Part shown: positions 1-10,357 of the stretch, piece after piece | How the letters are laid out: each line of letters begins with the position of its first letter | Numbering within the stretch: position 1 is the first letter of the stretch | Origin: Lachnospiraceae bacterium | GTDB taxonomy: Bacteria; Bacillota; Clostridia; Lachnospirales; Lachnospiraceae | Reading direction: 5' to 3' | DNA: 64,000 nt | NCBI GenBank assembly: GCA_017480195.1 | Contig: JAFVBE010000011.1 | Span: forward strand, 5,580-69,579 | Translations under genes and position numbers: made by a program | Notes under the pieces: generated by a model | Database searches by the model: none | What the model was told of the DNA's origin: nothing | The model's input: the letters and a program-made list of their open reading frames with translations, nothing else

Positions 1-163
1 CCATAATTATTACATCAGGATTATTATTCTTAATTGATGATATGGCATTCTTTCCGTCGTAGCATGTTCCGACCAGCTCTATATCATTTTGACCTTCAAG
101 TTTCTTCTTAATATCAAGCGCACTTTTTGTATCATGCTTGACAATTAATACCCTTGTTCTCAT
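1..163 (-). CDS. spo0A: Sporulation master regulator Spo0A, N-terminal receiver fragment (runs off window)
   Basis: Manual translation MRTRVLIVKHDTKSALDIKKKLEGQNDIELVGTCYDGKNAISSIKNNNPDVIIM...; receiver pattern; RBS GAAAGGAAGG; canonical position after spoIVB. Confidence 0.8.
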   Translation of the reverse strand, partial: MRTRVLIVKHDTKSALDIKKKLEGQNDIELVGTCYDGKNAISSIKNNNPDVIIM

Positions 164-272
164 AAAAACCTTCCTTTCAACATTTTGCTGTTAGTTGCAT
201 TATAAATTCTCGTTTTTATGATAGCAATATCCAATCCGACGCAAGTTATGACAGTAAAAAATGACAACATTT

Positions 273-1397
273 TCAGTCATTTTCTGCAAGCATATATTCT
301 ATGAAAATGCCGTAGCCTTTCGTCGAATCATTGACAAAAACATGGGTTATTGCACCTACAAGTCGATTATTCTGTATAATAGGTGTTCCGCTCATTCCCT
401 GCACGATACCATCTGTCATGGAAAGAAGCTCCGCATCAGTTATTTTTATCTCCAGACTCTTACTTCCTGCCGATTCATCATAGTTGATATCAGTAATCTC
501 TATATCATAGTACTCAGGCTTACCGGAAATGGCAGAAAGAATATATGCAGGACCAAGACTTATCTCCTCTTTAGGCGCTATTGATATAAGCTCCGTGCCA
601 TAATCCGTATAGCTAACATTATTGCTTAAGGTTCCTGATATGCCATATAGTGTATTCTCCTTTACCCTGCCTATTATATTTGCCGAAGAATAATCTATAA
701 TTCCTTCAAGTCTTCCCGGATTTTTATCAAACGGCTTGACAATATTTACTAAGTTAGCATTATAGATTGCACCATCGGAAATCCTGAATATAATTCCCGT
801 ATCATTGTCATTAATGCTATGCCCGAGTGCCGCGAAGCTATCCTCATCAACATAAGTCAGAGTTCCTATACCCGAAATGTCATCCTTAACCCAGATTCCA
901 AGCTTATATTTGCCATCAGAATTCTTAACCGGCATGACACTAAAGGTTAATTCCTCCGTACCTCTTACTACACCAATATCTACTATGTTGCCATTGCATC
1001 TGTCCACAGCTTCAACCAGACTTTTCTTATCATTAATTGCCTCGCCATCTATACTTACAATATAATCCCCCTGCTGCAGAATATCCTTACATGGCGAATA
1101 TATCTTACCGTCATATCCACTTATTACACCGGTATCAATAACCATTACTCCCTCAGTTTTTACATATATTCCAATCGGCACTCCCGACGGCATAACCTGC
1201 TTTTCCTTAATATCGAAAGTTCCGCTGTTTACTGCATTATCGTCATTTGATACAGATGTTTCAGGAAGATATATTCCATCATTAATAAGTTTTCCCGATA
1301 AAAAATCATTTCCTATTACAATACTTATAAGATATATTACAAAGGCTAAAATCATCAAAAGTATTAATCTGTATTGCTTTTTTTCTCTATCTCTCAT
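273..1397 (-). CDS. spoIVB: SpoIVB serine peptidase (S55) with PDZ domain
   Basis: GIWVKDDISGIGTLT, AALGH, GIVQGMSGTPIIQ motifs; between recN and spo0A. Confidence 0.95.
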   Translation of the reverse strand: MRDREKKQYRLILLMILAFVIYLISIVIGNDFLSGKLINDGIYLPETSVSNDDNAVNSGTFDIKEKQVMPSGVPIGIYVKTEGVMVIDTGVISGYDGKIYSPCKDILQQGDYIVSIDGEAINDKKSLVEAVDRCNGNIVDIGVVRGTEELTFSVMPVKNSDGKYKLGIWVKDDISGIGTLTYVDEDSFAALGHSINDNDTGIIFRISDGAIYNANLVNIVKPFDKNPGRLEGIIDYSSANIIGRVKENTLYGISGTLSNNVSYTDYGTELISIAPKEEISLGPAYILSAISGKPEYYDIEITDINYDESAGSKSLEIKITDAELLSMTDGIVQGMSGTPIIQNNRLVGAITHVFVNDSTKGYGIFIEYMLAEND

Positions 1398-1422
1398 AAT
1401 ATCAACCTCTCAAATAAAGTAA

Positions 1423-1453
1423 AAAAGTACATGATGAAAAACCATGTACTTTT
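1423..1453 (-). terminator. Intrinsic terminator-like hairpin after recN
   Basis: Inverted repeat aaaagtacatg / catgtactttt followed by a T-run on the minus strand. Confidence 0.65.
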
Positions 1454-1479
1454 AGTATTGATAATATGAATTTTAATAA

Positions 1480-3168
1480 TCAGTATAATTTTGTTCTCTC
1501 TGCCAATCCTTTCATCTCAGCCGCACTCGTAAGATTCGCCTCCGTAATCTCCTCACCGCCTAAAATTCTTGCAAGTTCTTCTATCTGCTGCTCCTTTTTA
1601 AGCTTCTTGATTTTGGTAATGGTTTTATTATTTTCCACAACCTTTTCAATAACATAATGCGTATCCGCCATAGCTGCAATCTGCGGAAGATGCGTGATAC
1701 ATATAACCTGATGCTCTCTTGCTATGACTGACATCTTCTCAGCCACCTTCTGTGCAGTCTTACCGCTTATTCCGACATCGATTTCATCAAATATAAGAGT
1801 AGGAATATCATCCTCGGAAGCAAGACACGACTTGATGGCAAGCATGACTCTCGACAGCTCACCGCCTGAAGCCACCTCGTACAGTGGCTTTATCGGCTCA
1901 CCTACATTAGTAGATATCATAAAATAAGCCTCGTCATTACCATTTGCCGAATATCTATCCAACTTATTAAAGGACATTTCAAATGACACGCTCATAAAGT
2001 TAAGCTCAGTCAATGACTGTTTGATTAACTCACATAGTTTTTTTGCATTCTTTTTCCTTATATCAGTAAGCTCATCACTTTTTTGTCTTAACTGCTCTTT
2101 TGTCTCATCAAGCTCCGTCTTTAAAACTTCAAGCCGATTCTCATAATCTGAAAGCTCTTTTAATTCAATTTCCATCTCATCCTTTGATTTTAAAACTTTC
2201 TCAATGGAATTTCCGTATTTGCTTTTAAGCGTATTGATAAGGTTAAGCCTATCTTCAGTCTCTTTGAACTCTCCCTCGTCAAACTCCATACTCTTCATAT
2301 AATCAGACAGTTCTCTGTTAAAATCATTGAGCATACCGTCTATGTCACTTAATATCTTATAGGTACCGTCCAAATCAGAGTCAAGCTCCACAAGTCCCTT
2401 CATATCCGAAAGAGCATAAGATACGGAATTACCGAATGATGACGCTCCATCATAGCCGGTTACACTATGTATCTTATCCAAGCCTTTCAAAATATCCTTG
2501 GCATTAACAGCTTTCTTATAATAGGTCTCTAAGCTCTCATCCTCTCCCTCTGTTAGCTGTGCCGAAGAAATCTCATTAATCCTGTATGTAATATAATCCT
2601 TCTTCCTGAGTCTTTCCTCCTCAGACATATTCATCGAGCTAAGTCTATCGGATAGTTTTACATAAGTCTCATAAAGTTCTTTAACGCACGCCTTCTTATC
2701 AGCTATTTCTTCCTTGCCGTATCTGTCAAGAATTTCAAGATGCTTACTCTTGATAAGAAGTGACTGCTGCTCGTGCTGTGCGTGCAGGTCAATCAGAATC
2801 CCCGCAGTCTCCTTAAGCTTAGTAAGTGTAACCGTATTATCATTAATACGATTAACCACGCGCCCCGCCTGATTAAGCTTCCTCGATATAAGTATCTGTC
2901 CTTCTTCATCAGGATATACCTCGAGCAGCTTTAACTCATTTCTTACATATTCGTCATCGACAGAGAAAATAAGCTCGACCAGCCCTTCCTTATCCTCGTC
3001 CCGAAGCAGATTTCTGTCGAATCTCCCTCCTAAACCGATTCCAAGTGAACCGATTATTATGGATTTTCCGGCACCGGTCTCGCCTGTAAGTATATTAAGG
3101 CGCTCCTCAAAATCAATATCCAGCTCGTCTATTAAAGCCAGATTTTTAATATGTATATTTAATAACAT
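1480..3168 (-). CDS. recN: DNA repair protein RecN
   Basis: Walker A TGETGAGKS, ASGGELSR signature, IFDEID, ITHLPQIAA. Confidence 0.97.
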   Translation of the reverse strand: MLLNIHIKNLALIDELDIDFEERLNILTGETGAGKSIIIGSLGIGLGGRFDRNLLRDEDKEGLVELIFSVDDEYVRNELKLLEVYPDEEGQILISRKLNQAGRVVNRINDNTVTLTKLKETAGILIDLHAQHEQQSLLIKSKHLEILDRYGKEEIADKKACVKELYETYVKLSDRLSSMNMSEEERLRKKDYITYRINEISSAQLTEGEDESLETYYKKAVNAKDILKGLDKIHSVTGYDGASSFGNSVSYALSDMKGLVELDSDLDGTYKILSDIDGMLNDFNRELSDYMKSMEFDEGEFKETEDRLNLINTLKSKYGNSIEKVLKSKDEMEIELKELSDYENRLEVLKTELDETKEQLRQKSDELTDIRKKNAKKLCELIKQSLTELNFMSVSFEMSFNKLDRYSANGNDEAYFMISTNVGEPIKPLYEVASGGELSRVMLAIKSCLASEDDIPTLIFDEIDVGISGKTAQKVAEKMSVIAREHQVICITHLPQIAAMADTHYVIEKVVENNKTITKIKKLKKEQQIEELARILGGEEITEANLTSAAEMKGLAERTKLY

Positions 3169-3613
3169 CGTTTATTTCTCCAATAATCCTTTCTGCCTGT
3201 GTCTTATCCTTGATAGCTAAAAACAATGTATCATCACCGGCTATACAGCCCAATATGCCGGAAACATTCAGCCTGTCGACTGATGCGCCGACAGCCATAG
3301 CCATACCTGAGACAGTCTTTACCACAATAATATTCTCTGCATAATCCATAGAAACTATACAGTTCTTCAAGGTCTGGTAATAAGATACCTCCTCTGTCAG
3401 TTCATTACTGCCTCCATGCTCATTTACGGCATATTTTTTCTTACCGCCGTCGTAAGAAACCTTTTTTAAATTAAGCTCTCTGATATCTCTTGATATAGTA
3501 GCCTGTGTTGTATTAAAGCCTTCTTTTTCAAGAAGGAAAAGCAGTTCTTCCTGTGTCTCGATATTATTCTCATTAATTAATCTGATAATAAGATTTTGAC
3601 GTTTTTCTTTCAT
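3146..3613 (-). CDS. argR: Arginine repressor
   Basis: TQATISRDIREL and GCIAGDDT motifs; synteny. Confidence 0.96.
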   Translation of the reverse strand: MKEKRQNLIIRLINENNIETQEELLFLLEKEGFNTTQATISRDIRELNLKKVSYDGGKKKYAVNEHGGSNELTEEVSYYQTLKNCIVSMDYAENIIVVKTVSGMAMAVGASVDRLNVSGILGCIAGDDTLFLAIKDKTQAERIIGEINDVIKYTY

Positions 3614-3615
3614 AG

Positions 3616-4452
3616 TCAGCCTCCTATCTTATCCCTTAGTACCCGGTAGAAATTAAACGGATAAAGTCTTACAAGCTTTATCTCACGTTTAGATTTTTTA
3701 ATGGCAATTACATCGCCTGCCGAAAGAGGCGTGTTATTACTGCCATCAAAGGAAGCTATCGCCTCAGTATTCTGAGTCTTCCTCTTCTTCACTATCTCAA
3801 TCCTAATCTCATCATTCTCATCATAAACCACACTCTTCGATGTAAGCGAGTGCGGGGAAATAGGCGTTACAACTATAGCATTCGTCTTAGGACTCACCAG
3901 CGGCCCGCCTGCCGACAGATTATATCCGGTTGAGCCTGTCGGAGTTGCAACTATCACGCCATCTGCCTCGTAGGTATCAAGCAGCTCATCATTTACATAT
4001 ATATTTAATCCGATAATTCTTGAGAATCCCGCTCTCGTAACAACCACATCATTCAACGCCTGATAAGTATCAGCATTAAATGTGCCCTCAATCATCATAC
4101 GCTTCTCAATCTCATAATCACCCTTTAACAATCTGTCAATAGCCTCATATACATTAGCAACCTCAACCTCGGTCAAGAAGCCAAGCGTACCGAGATTAAC
4201 GCCCATAAGAGGCACATCATATACCCCTATACCGGAAGCAGCACGAAGCATAGTTCCGTCACCACCTAACACAATGACAGCTTTAGCATCCTTCATATAC
4301 TCGTCTTTGATATAGATACCGTTATAATGATTGTCCACATCACTTACAATATCTGCGCTTGCGCCTTTTTCCTCAATATATTCAACTATTTTTTTACTAA
4401 GTGATAAATCAATGTCTTTATCATTATTAGCAAGTATAAGATATTTATTCAT
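3616..4452 (-). CDS. nadK: NAD(+) kinase
   Basis: LGGDGT, GTLGFL, TPTGSTGYNLSAGGP. Confidence 0.96.
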   Translation of the reverse strand: MNKYLILANNDKDIDLSLSKKIVEYIEEKGASADIVSDVDNHYNGIYIKDEYMKDAKAVIVLGGDGTMLRAASGIGVYDVPLMGVNLGTLGFLTEVEVANVYEAIDRLLKGDYEIEKRMMIEGTFNADTYQALNDVVVTRAGFSRIIGLNIYVNDELLDTYEADGVIVATPTGSTGYNLSAGGPLVSPKTNAIVVTPISPHSLTSKSVVYDENDEIRIEIVKKRKTQNTEAIASFDGSNNTPLSAGDVIAIKKSKREIKLVRLYPFNFYRVLRDKIGG

Positions 4453-4457
4453 AAGCT

Positions 4458-5291
4458 TTAAACCTTTGCTTTATCTAAAGTCTGATGTGACAGTTCCACA
4501 ACCTTTTTTACATCAATTTCCATTTTATTAATTAATTCAGAAGCTTTATCCTTAGTAAGATAAAGCAAATATTCGATATTTCCTTCAGGACCCTTGACCG
4601 GAGAGAAGGAAAGCATAAGCGGTATAAGCTCTATAGACTCTGCATAAGCTATAACCTTCTTAATCACCTCGATATGAACATTCATGTCTCTTACAACGCC
4701 CTTCTTACCGACCTTCTCACGCCCTGCCTCGAACTGTGGCTTGATAAGACAGACTATGCTTCCATCATCCTTAAGCAGATTCTTAACAGGAAGCAAAACC
4801 TTAGTAAGTGATATAAATGATACATCTATCGAAGAAAAATCAATCTGCTCGCCTATATCATCAGGCACAACATAACGGATATTTGTCTTCTCCATACAGA
4901 CAACCCTATCGTCATTTCTTAATTTCCAGTCAAGCTGTCCGTATCCGACATCCACAGCATATACACGCATGGCACCATTTTGGAGCATACAGTCTGTAAA
5001 ACCGCCGGCGGATGAACCTACATCCATACATATCTCACCCTCTAAGGATAAATCAAATTCTGACATGGCTTTCTCTAATTTAAGACCGCCCCGGCTTACA
5101 TATCTTAGAGTATTTCCTCTGACCTCTATACTGACATTCTCAGGAAATGAGGTTCCTGCTTTATCCTCTTTCTCGCCGTCTACATATACTATGCCTGACA
5201 TTATTATTGCCTTTGCTTTCTCTCTTGAAGTAGCGAAGCCCCGCTCTACAAGCATTACATCAAGCCTTTCCTTTTTAACCTTTTCCTGCAT
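4458..5291 (-). CDS. tlyA: TlyA family rRNA 2'-O-methyltransferase
   Basis: S4 domain RLDVMLV, YVSRGGLKL, DVSFISL, KPQFEAG. Confidence 0.94.
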   Translation of the reverse strand: MQEKVKKERLDVMLVERGFATSREKAKAIIMSGIVYVDGEKEDKAGTSFPENVSIEVRGNTLRYVSRGGLKLEKAMSEFDLSLEGEICMDVGSSAGGFTDCMLQNGAMRVYAVDVGYGQLDWKLRNDDRVVCMEKTNIRYVVPDDIGEQIDFSSIDVSFISLTKVLLPVKNLLKDDGSIVCLIKPQFEAGREKVGKKGVVRDMNVHIEVIKKVIAYAESIELIPLMLSFSPVKGPEGNIEYLLYLTKDKASELINKMEIDVKKVVELSHQTLDKAKV

Positions 5292-5293
5292 AT

Positions 5294-7171
5294 TTATTCC
5301 TCATCTAAGAGTGGTTTGATGCTGTCATACATCTTATCCGCACTTATACCAAGTATATTTCTTAATTCCTCTATCGTACCATGTGGTACTATCTCCTGCT
5401 TAATCGAGCCATCTATATGAATTATATTCTTATCCTTCTCAAGCTCATTATCAATAATCTCTGCAGCAAGCAATTCACCATATCCGCCATTAGTGATATT
5501 TTCCTCCATAGTAACGATAATATTATGAGTATCAAGCAATTCCCTTATCAAATCTATATCAACTGATGAGACAAACCTCACATTTACAAGAGTTGCTTCC
5601 ACGCCATCTGCCTTAAGCCTGTCATACAACTTAACAGCCTCTTCAAACATATTACCACAGGCAAATATCGCAAGCCTGCTTCCTCTGTATATGACCTCAC
5701 TTCGACCTAATTCTATAGGAGAATCGTAATCCTTCAAGCCCTTGTATGCGTCGCCTCTTGCATATTTTATTGCGATAGGTCCATCGTAATCATATGCAAA
5801 CTTAAGCATCTGTCTTAACTCATATCTGTTCTTAGGTGCCATAACTACCATATTCGGCATATGCGACAGATAAGATATATCATATATTCCCTGATGCGTC
5901 TCACCATCCTGTCCGACAAGTCCCGAACGGTCTATCGCAAATACCACATGAAGTCTCTGCATACACACATCATGCAATATCTGGTCGTAGGCTCTCTGCA
6001 AAAATGACGAATAAACCGCCACATACGGCACCATCTGCGCCTTCGCCATACCTGCTGCAAAGGTAACCGCATGCTGCTCGGCTATGCCTACATCGAAGCA
6101 CCTTTCCGGATATTTTTCCGCGAATTTATACACACCGGTTCCGTTAGCCATTGCCGCAGTTACAGCAACTATATCCTCATGCTCATCACCTAACTTAACC
6201 AAAGCTTCTCCAAATATATCCGTATTGCTTCGTGTTTCCTTTCTCTTAATAACATGCCCTGTCTCCTTATCAAAGGCAGATATCCCATGGAAATAATCAG
6301 GATGTCTCTCAGCAAATCTGTAGCCTTTACCCTTCTTGGTTTTTACATGAACTATAATAGGCTTATTCAACTTAAACGCCTGCTTAAATATAGAAACCAT
6401 GGTCTCCGTATCATGCCCGTCTATAGGTCCGACATAGGTTATTCCAAGTTCTTCAAGGAATGACCCCTTGACAAAAAACTGTTTGATATTGTCCTTCGAG
6501 CGCTTCAAAACCTTAGCAACCTTCTCACCGGTCTTAGTTGTAAGAAGACTGTTCTCCACACCTGTCTTAAAACCATTATAGGCATCACCCACTCTTATGC
6601 TGCTTAAGTATGTAGACAATCCACCCACATTTTTATCAATCGACATATCATTATCATTTAATATAATTACACAGCCATTCTTCATCTGCGCTAAGCTGTT
6701 AAGTGCCTCATATGCCATACCTCCGGTCAAAGAACCATCACCTATGATACAGGCAATTTTTTCATCACCGTGCCTTAAATCTCTTGCGACAGCATATCCC
6801 ATAGCGGCAGATATACTCGTAGAGCTGTGACCCGTATTAAATGCATCACAATCACTCTCGCATGCCTTAGGAAATCCGCTCATACCTCCATACTGTCTCA
6901 AAGCATCAAAATCAGCCTTCCTTCCGGTCAGAAGCTTATGCGTATAAGACTGATGCCCTACATCAAATATAAGCTTGTCCTTCGGAAAATCCATACAAAG
7001 ATGAAGTGCCATAGTAAGCTCCACCGCACCTAAATTAGAAGCAAGATGTCCGCCGTTTTTGCTGATTTTGTCAATCAGAAAAGCCCTTATCTCCTCTGCC
7101 AATAAATCATAATCCTTTTTATTTATTTTCTTAATATCATTTGCATTATTAATACTGTCCAAAAGTGCCAT
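5294..7171 (-). CDS. dxs: 1-deoxy-D-xylulose-5-phosphate synthase
   Basis: GGHLASNLG, DVGHQSY, GDGSLTGG, GIAEQHAV; start moved to ATG at 7171, next to the ispA stop. Confidence 0.97.
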   Translation of the reverse strand: MALLDSINNANDIKKINKKDYDLLAEEIRAFLIDKISKNGGHLASNLGAVELTMALHLCMDFPKDKLIFDVGHQSYTHKLLTGRKADFDALRQYGGMSGFPKACESDCDAFNTGHSSTSISAAMGYAVARDLRHGDEKIACIIGDGSLTGGMAYEALNSLAQMKNGCVIILNDNDMSIDKNVGGLSTYLSSIRVGDAYNGFKTGVENSLLTTKTGEKVAKVLKRSKDNIKQFFVKGSFLEELGITYVGPIDGHDTETMVSIFKQAFKLNKPIIVHVKTKKGKGYRFAERHPDYFHGISAFDKETGHVIKRKETRSNTDIFGEALVKLGDEHEDIVAVTAAMANGTGVYKFAEKYPERCFDVGIAEQHAVTFAAGMAKAQMVPYVAVYSSFLQRAYDQILHDVCMQRLHVVFAIDRSGLVGQDGETHQGIYDISYLSHMPNMVVMAPKNRYELRQMLKFAYDYDGPIAIKYARGDAYKGLKDYDSPIELGRSEVIYRGSRLAIFACGNMFEEAVKLYDRLKADGVEATLVNVRFVSSVDIDLIRELLDTHNIIVTMEENITNGGYGELLAAEIIDNELEKDKNIIHIDGSIKQEIVPHGTIEELRNILGISADKMYDSIKPLLDEE

Positions 7172-7172
7172 A

Positions 7173-8069
7173 TTATCTATCCCTGTCAATGAGTGAATTA
7201 ATCAGCTTGATTAATTCCTCCTTTGCCTTTTCGTTTTTAACATGAAGTCCCTTAATTATATCATTTGCCTTGTCAGACATTTCCCTGACATAAGCCTTGG
7301 ATGCATCTATGCCATGTATCGTGGCGTAGGTATATTTGTCATTTTTCTCATCACTGTGTAGCGGCTTTCCAAGCTTATCCTCCTGCCCGATTATATCAAG
7401 TATATCGTCCTGAACCTGAAATGCCATACCGACGCAGCAGGCTGCCTGCTCTAATTTACTGACCGTCTCCTCATCTGCACCGGCAAGATACGCTCCAACC
7501 ATCATCGCACATTCAATCAAGGCGCTTGTCTTATTACGATATATAAAATCAAGCGCTCTCTCATCGACCGGCTTTCCGGACAGCACAACATCTAAGGTCT
7601 GACCACCTATCATACCATATATGCCCGGCTTGTGTGCCATAACCACAAAAGCCTTCTCAACTCCTGTATCCTTCGGTCTTATATCGAATACCTTAGCACA
7701 GGTCTCATAGGCATAATTAAGCAATCCATCTCCTGCAAGTATGGCTATATCCTCACCAAATTCCACATGCACCGTCGGCTTACCGCGCCTTAGTTCATCA
7801 TTATCAAGTGCAGGCAGGTCATCATGTATGAGTGAATAGGTATGAATCATCTCTATAGCAGCCATAAACGGTGCTATAACGCCTTCATCATAAACCTCTG
7901 ACTGCTCTGTGAACATATCATAACAAAGCTTCATCATCATAGGACGAAGTCTCTTGCCCCCTGCCGAAAATGCATAATTCATTGCAGCTATAACATCCTG
8001 TTGATACCCCTTTGAGGTTGGCATATATTTATATATAAGCTTTTCAATCTCCTTAACACTATATCCCAT
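7173..8069 (-). CDS. ispA: Polyprenyl (farnesyl) diphosphate synthase
   Basis: GGKRLRP, SLIHDDLPALDNDELRRGKP, FQVQDDILD. Confidence 0.94.
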   Translation of the reverse strand: MGYSVKEIEKLIYKYMPTSKGYQQDVIAAMNYAFSAGGKRLRPMMMKLCYDMFTEQSEVYDEGVIAPFMAAIEMIHTYSLIHDDLPALDNDELRRGKPTVHVEFGEDIAILAGDGLLNYAYETCAKVFDIRPKDTGVEKAFVVMAHKPGIYGMIGGQTLDVVLSGKPVDERALDFIYRNKTSALIECAMMVGAYLAGADEETVSKLEQAACCVGMAFQVQDDILDIIGQEDKLGKPLHSDEKNDKYTYATIHGIDASKAYVREMSDKANDIIKGLHVKNEKAKEELIKLINSLIDRDR

Positions 8070-8070
8070 A

Positions 8071-8301
8071 TTATTCTGCATCCCCATTATTATCTGATTC
8101 ATTTAAAATCTGTATTTCCTTCTCCACATCTATAAGGCTATCCTTACATGCACTCACCAGCTTAACACCCTCTGCATAGAGTGCCAGAGAATCCTTAAGG
8201 CTTGTCTCGGGAGAAGCAAGAAGATTGTTAATCTCCTCAAGTCTCTTAAATGCATCCTCAATTACTATATCATCTTTTTTTACATTCTCTTTTTTAGCCA
8301 T
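8071..8301 (-). CDS. xseB: Exodeoxyribonuclease VII small subunit
   Basis: EDAFKRLEEI...SLKDSLALYAEGVKL; follows xseA. Confidence 0.93.
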   Translation of the reverse strand: MAKKENVKKDDIVIEDAFKRLEEINNLLASPETSLKDSLALYAEGVKLVSACKDSLIDVEKEIQILNESDNNGDAE

Positions 8302-9499
8302 ATATATCCTCACTTACATTTTCCACAACTGTCTGTATTCTGCCATTCTTTATAGTAATATTTATCTTATCACCTGACTTTACATCCTGTATATCAGTGA
8401 CAGCTCTATCGTCCTTCTCAATATATCCAAAACCATTTATAAGCTTCGCTGTCGGAGAAAGTCCGTCAAGTCTTACACTTAAGATTTCAAAACGGTGAAA
8501 TGTATGATTATATTTATTCTCAATATTCTTCTTTAGTCTGTCATAAAGCTCAGACAGATACTGGTTCTGATTCTCAAGTCTCTGTCTTGGATTAAGCAGA
8601 TTAAGCTTGCTCTCATATTTCTCAAGCATGGAATTATACAGAGAAAGCCTTGAGCTTATATGATTATTAATAAGTCTCTCATAATTCCTTAGCTCATTAA
8701 CCGTCGTCATAACATCAGGTATAGCAAGCTCACATGCAGCCGACGGTGTAGGTGCCCTCATATCTGCCGCATAATCCGCAAGCGTAATATCTACCTCATG
8801 ACCTGTTCCGGATATAATCGGTGTATTAGCCTCATAGACTGCTCGTACTACCTTCTCCTCATTGAATGCCCACAAATCCTCTATCGAGCCGCCACCACGA
8901 CCTATAATAATCGTATCAAGTCCCAGCTTGTCCAAAGTCTTAATTCCCCTTACAATAGTGTCCGCTGCACCCTCACCCTGAACCTTGGCAGGATAAAGTA
9001 CAAGCTGTACATAAGGATTACGCCTTCTTGCGATATTCATTATATCCTGTATCGCTGCACCGGTTCTGGCAGTTACAATTCCTATCTTCTTAGGAAATTT
9101 AGGGATATCCTTCTTTTTTTCAAAATCAAATAAGCCCTCTTCATTAAGCCTTAACTTAAGCTTCTCGAATTCCTCATATAAATTACCGACACCATCCTGC
9201 TTAATCTCCTCGGCGTAAAGCTGATACTTACCATCACGCTCATATACGCCTATCCTTCCTGTGACAAGTACATTCTGACCATCAGCAAGTCTGAATTTAA
9301 GTCCGGTTGGTATACTGCCCTTGAACATAACTGCGGCTATTGAGCCTGTCTCGTCCTTCAAGGAAAAATAAATGTGCCCCAGGCTATGATACTTACAATT
9401 AGAAACCTCTCCTTGTATGGTAAGCTTCTTAAGAACATAATCCTGGGATATAATATTTTTAATATAATTATTAACCTGTCCTACACTATAAACCTTCAT
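8294..9499 (-). CDS. xseA: Exodeoxyribonuclease VII large subunit
   Basis: GHIYFSLKD, RGGGSIEDLWAFNEE, GHEVD, APTPSAA. Confidence 0.96.
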   Translation of the reverse strand: MKVYSVGQVNNYIKNIISQDYVLKKLTIQGEVSNCKYHSLGHIYFSLKDETGSIAAVMFKGSIPTGLKFRLADGQNVLVTGRIGVYERDGKYQLYAEEIKQDGVGNLYEEFEKLKLRLNEEGLFDFEKKKDIPKFPKKIGIVTARTGAAIQDIMNIARRRNPYVQLVLYPAKVQGEGAADTIVRGIKTLDKLGLDTIIIGRGGGSIEDLWAFNEEKVVRAVYEANTPIISGTGHEVDITLADYAADMRAPTPSAACELAIPDVMTTVNELRNYERLINNHISSRLSLYNSMLEKYESKLNLLNPRQRLENQNQYLSELYDRLKKNIENKYNHTFHRFEILSVRLDGLSPTAKLINGFGYIEKDDRAVTDIQDVKSGDKINITIKNGRIQTVVENVSEDIYG

Positions 9500-9515
9500 T
9501 TTTATCCTTTAAGCC

Positions 9516-9914
9516 CTATTCTTCAAGCCTGCCTAATATACCGTTAATAAAGCTTTTCGCTTCTTCACCGCAATAAATCTTAGACAGCTCCACTGCCTCA
9601 TTTACAGCGACAGAAAAAGGAATATCGTCATCGTATATTATCTCATAAATACCAAGCCTTAAGATAGCAAGCTCAGCCTTGCCTATACGCTCTATACTCC
9701 AGCCGGAAGAATGTTCCTTAATCACAGCATCAATTTCACCGATAAGACCGATTATCCTCTCAGTCTTATCGGTAATATATATCCTATCCTCTTGGGATAA
9801 GTCCTCGATATCATCAAGCGAAAAATCTATCTGCTCCTTCATCTCATCCACAGAATTAAACTCTAACTTAAATAATATCTTAAATATATTCTCTCTAAGC
9901 TTTCTCCTGGTCAT
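9516..9914 (-). CDS. nusB: Transcription antitermination factor NusB
   Basis: MTRRKLRE, AILRLGIYEI, NEAVELSK, FINGIL. Confidence 0.96.
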   Translation of the reverse strand: MTRRKLRENIFKILFKLEFNSVDEMKEQIDFSLDDIEDLSQEDRIYITDKTERIIGLIGEIDAVIKEHSSGWSIERIGKAELAILRLGIYEIIYDDDIPFSVAVNEAVELSKIYCGEEAKSFINGILGRLEE

Positions 9915-9943
9915 AATAAAACCTGCTTTCCCGATTAACCTTG

Positions 9944-10288
9944 TTAATCCAGCTTAATGCCTGAAACTACAACATTAACTACAGTTACATTAAGACCTGT
10001 CATATTCTCTATAGTCTGCTTAACCTTTGCCTGAACTTCCTTGGAAACCTTAGATATATTGTTACCATATTCAAGCTCTACTGAAATATCTGCCTCAACA
10101 TTTCCGTCAATAATTGATACATTGACCCCCTTTGCAAGCTTCTTCTTGCCTAATTTGCTTGCCTCATCCTTAGATATTCCGCCAGTTAGTCTTGCGACAC
10201 CATCCACCTCGATAGCAGCTATGCCTGCTATTGATGCAACCACATCATCAGCTATATTAATCTTTCCAATATTCTTAGTATCCTCCAC
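9944..10288 (-). CDS. Asp23/Gls24 family envelope stress protein
   Basis: IADDVVASIAGIAAIEVDGV, VQAKVKQTIENMTGL; upstream of nusB. Confidence 0.92.
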   Translation of the reverse strand: MEDTKNIGKINIADDVVASIAGIAAIEVDGVARLTGGISKDEASKLGKKKLAKGVNVSIIDGNVEADISVELEYGNNISKVSKEVQAKVKQTIENMTGLNVTVVNVVVSGIKLD

Positions 10289-10322
10289 GATATTTGCCTC
10301 CTATCAATAAAATATTTATCTA

Positions 10323-10351
10323 ATTATACCCAATATTTTATGATATTGCAA
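10323..10351 (-). promoter_or_regulatory. sigma-A promoter for the asp23-nusB-xseA operon
   Basis: Minus strand TTGCAA-17 nt-TATAAT. Confidence 0.65.
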
Positions 10352-10357
10352 CAAAAT

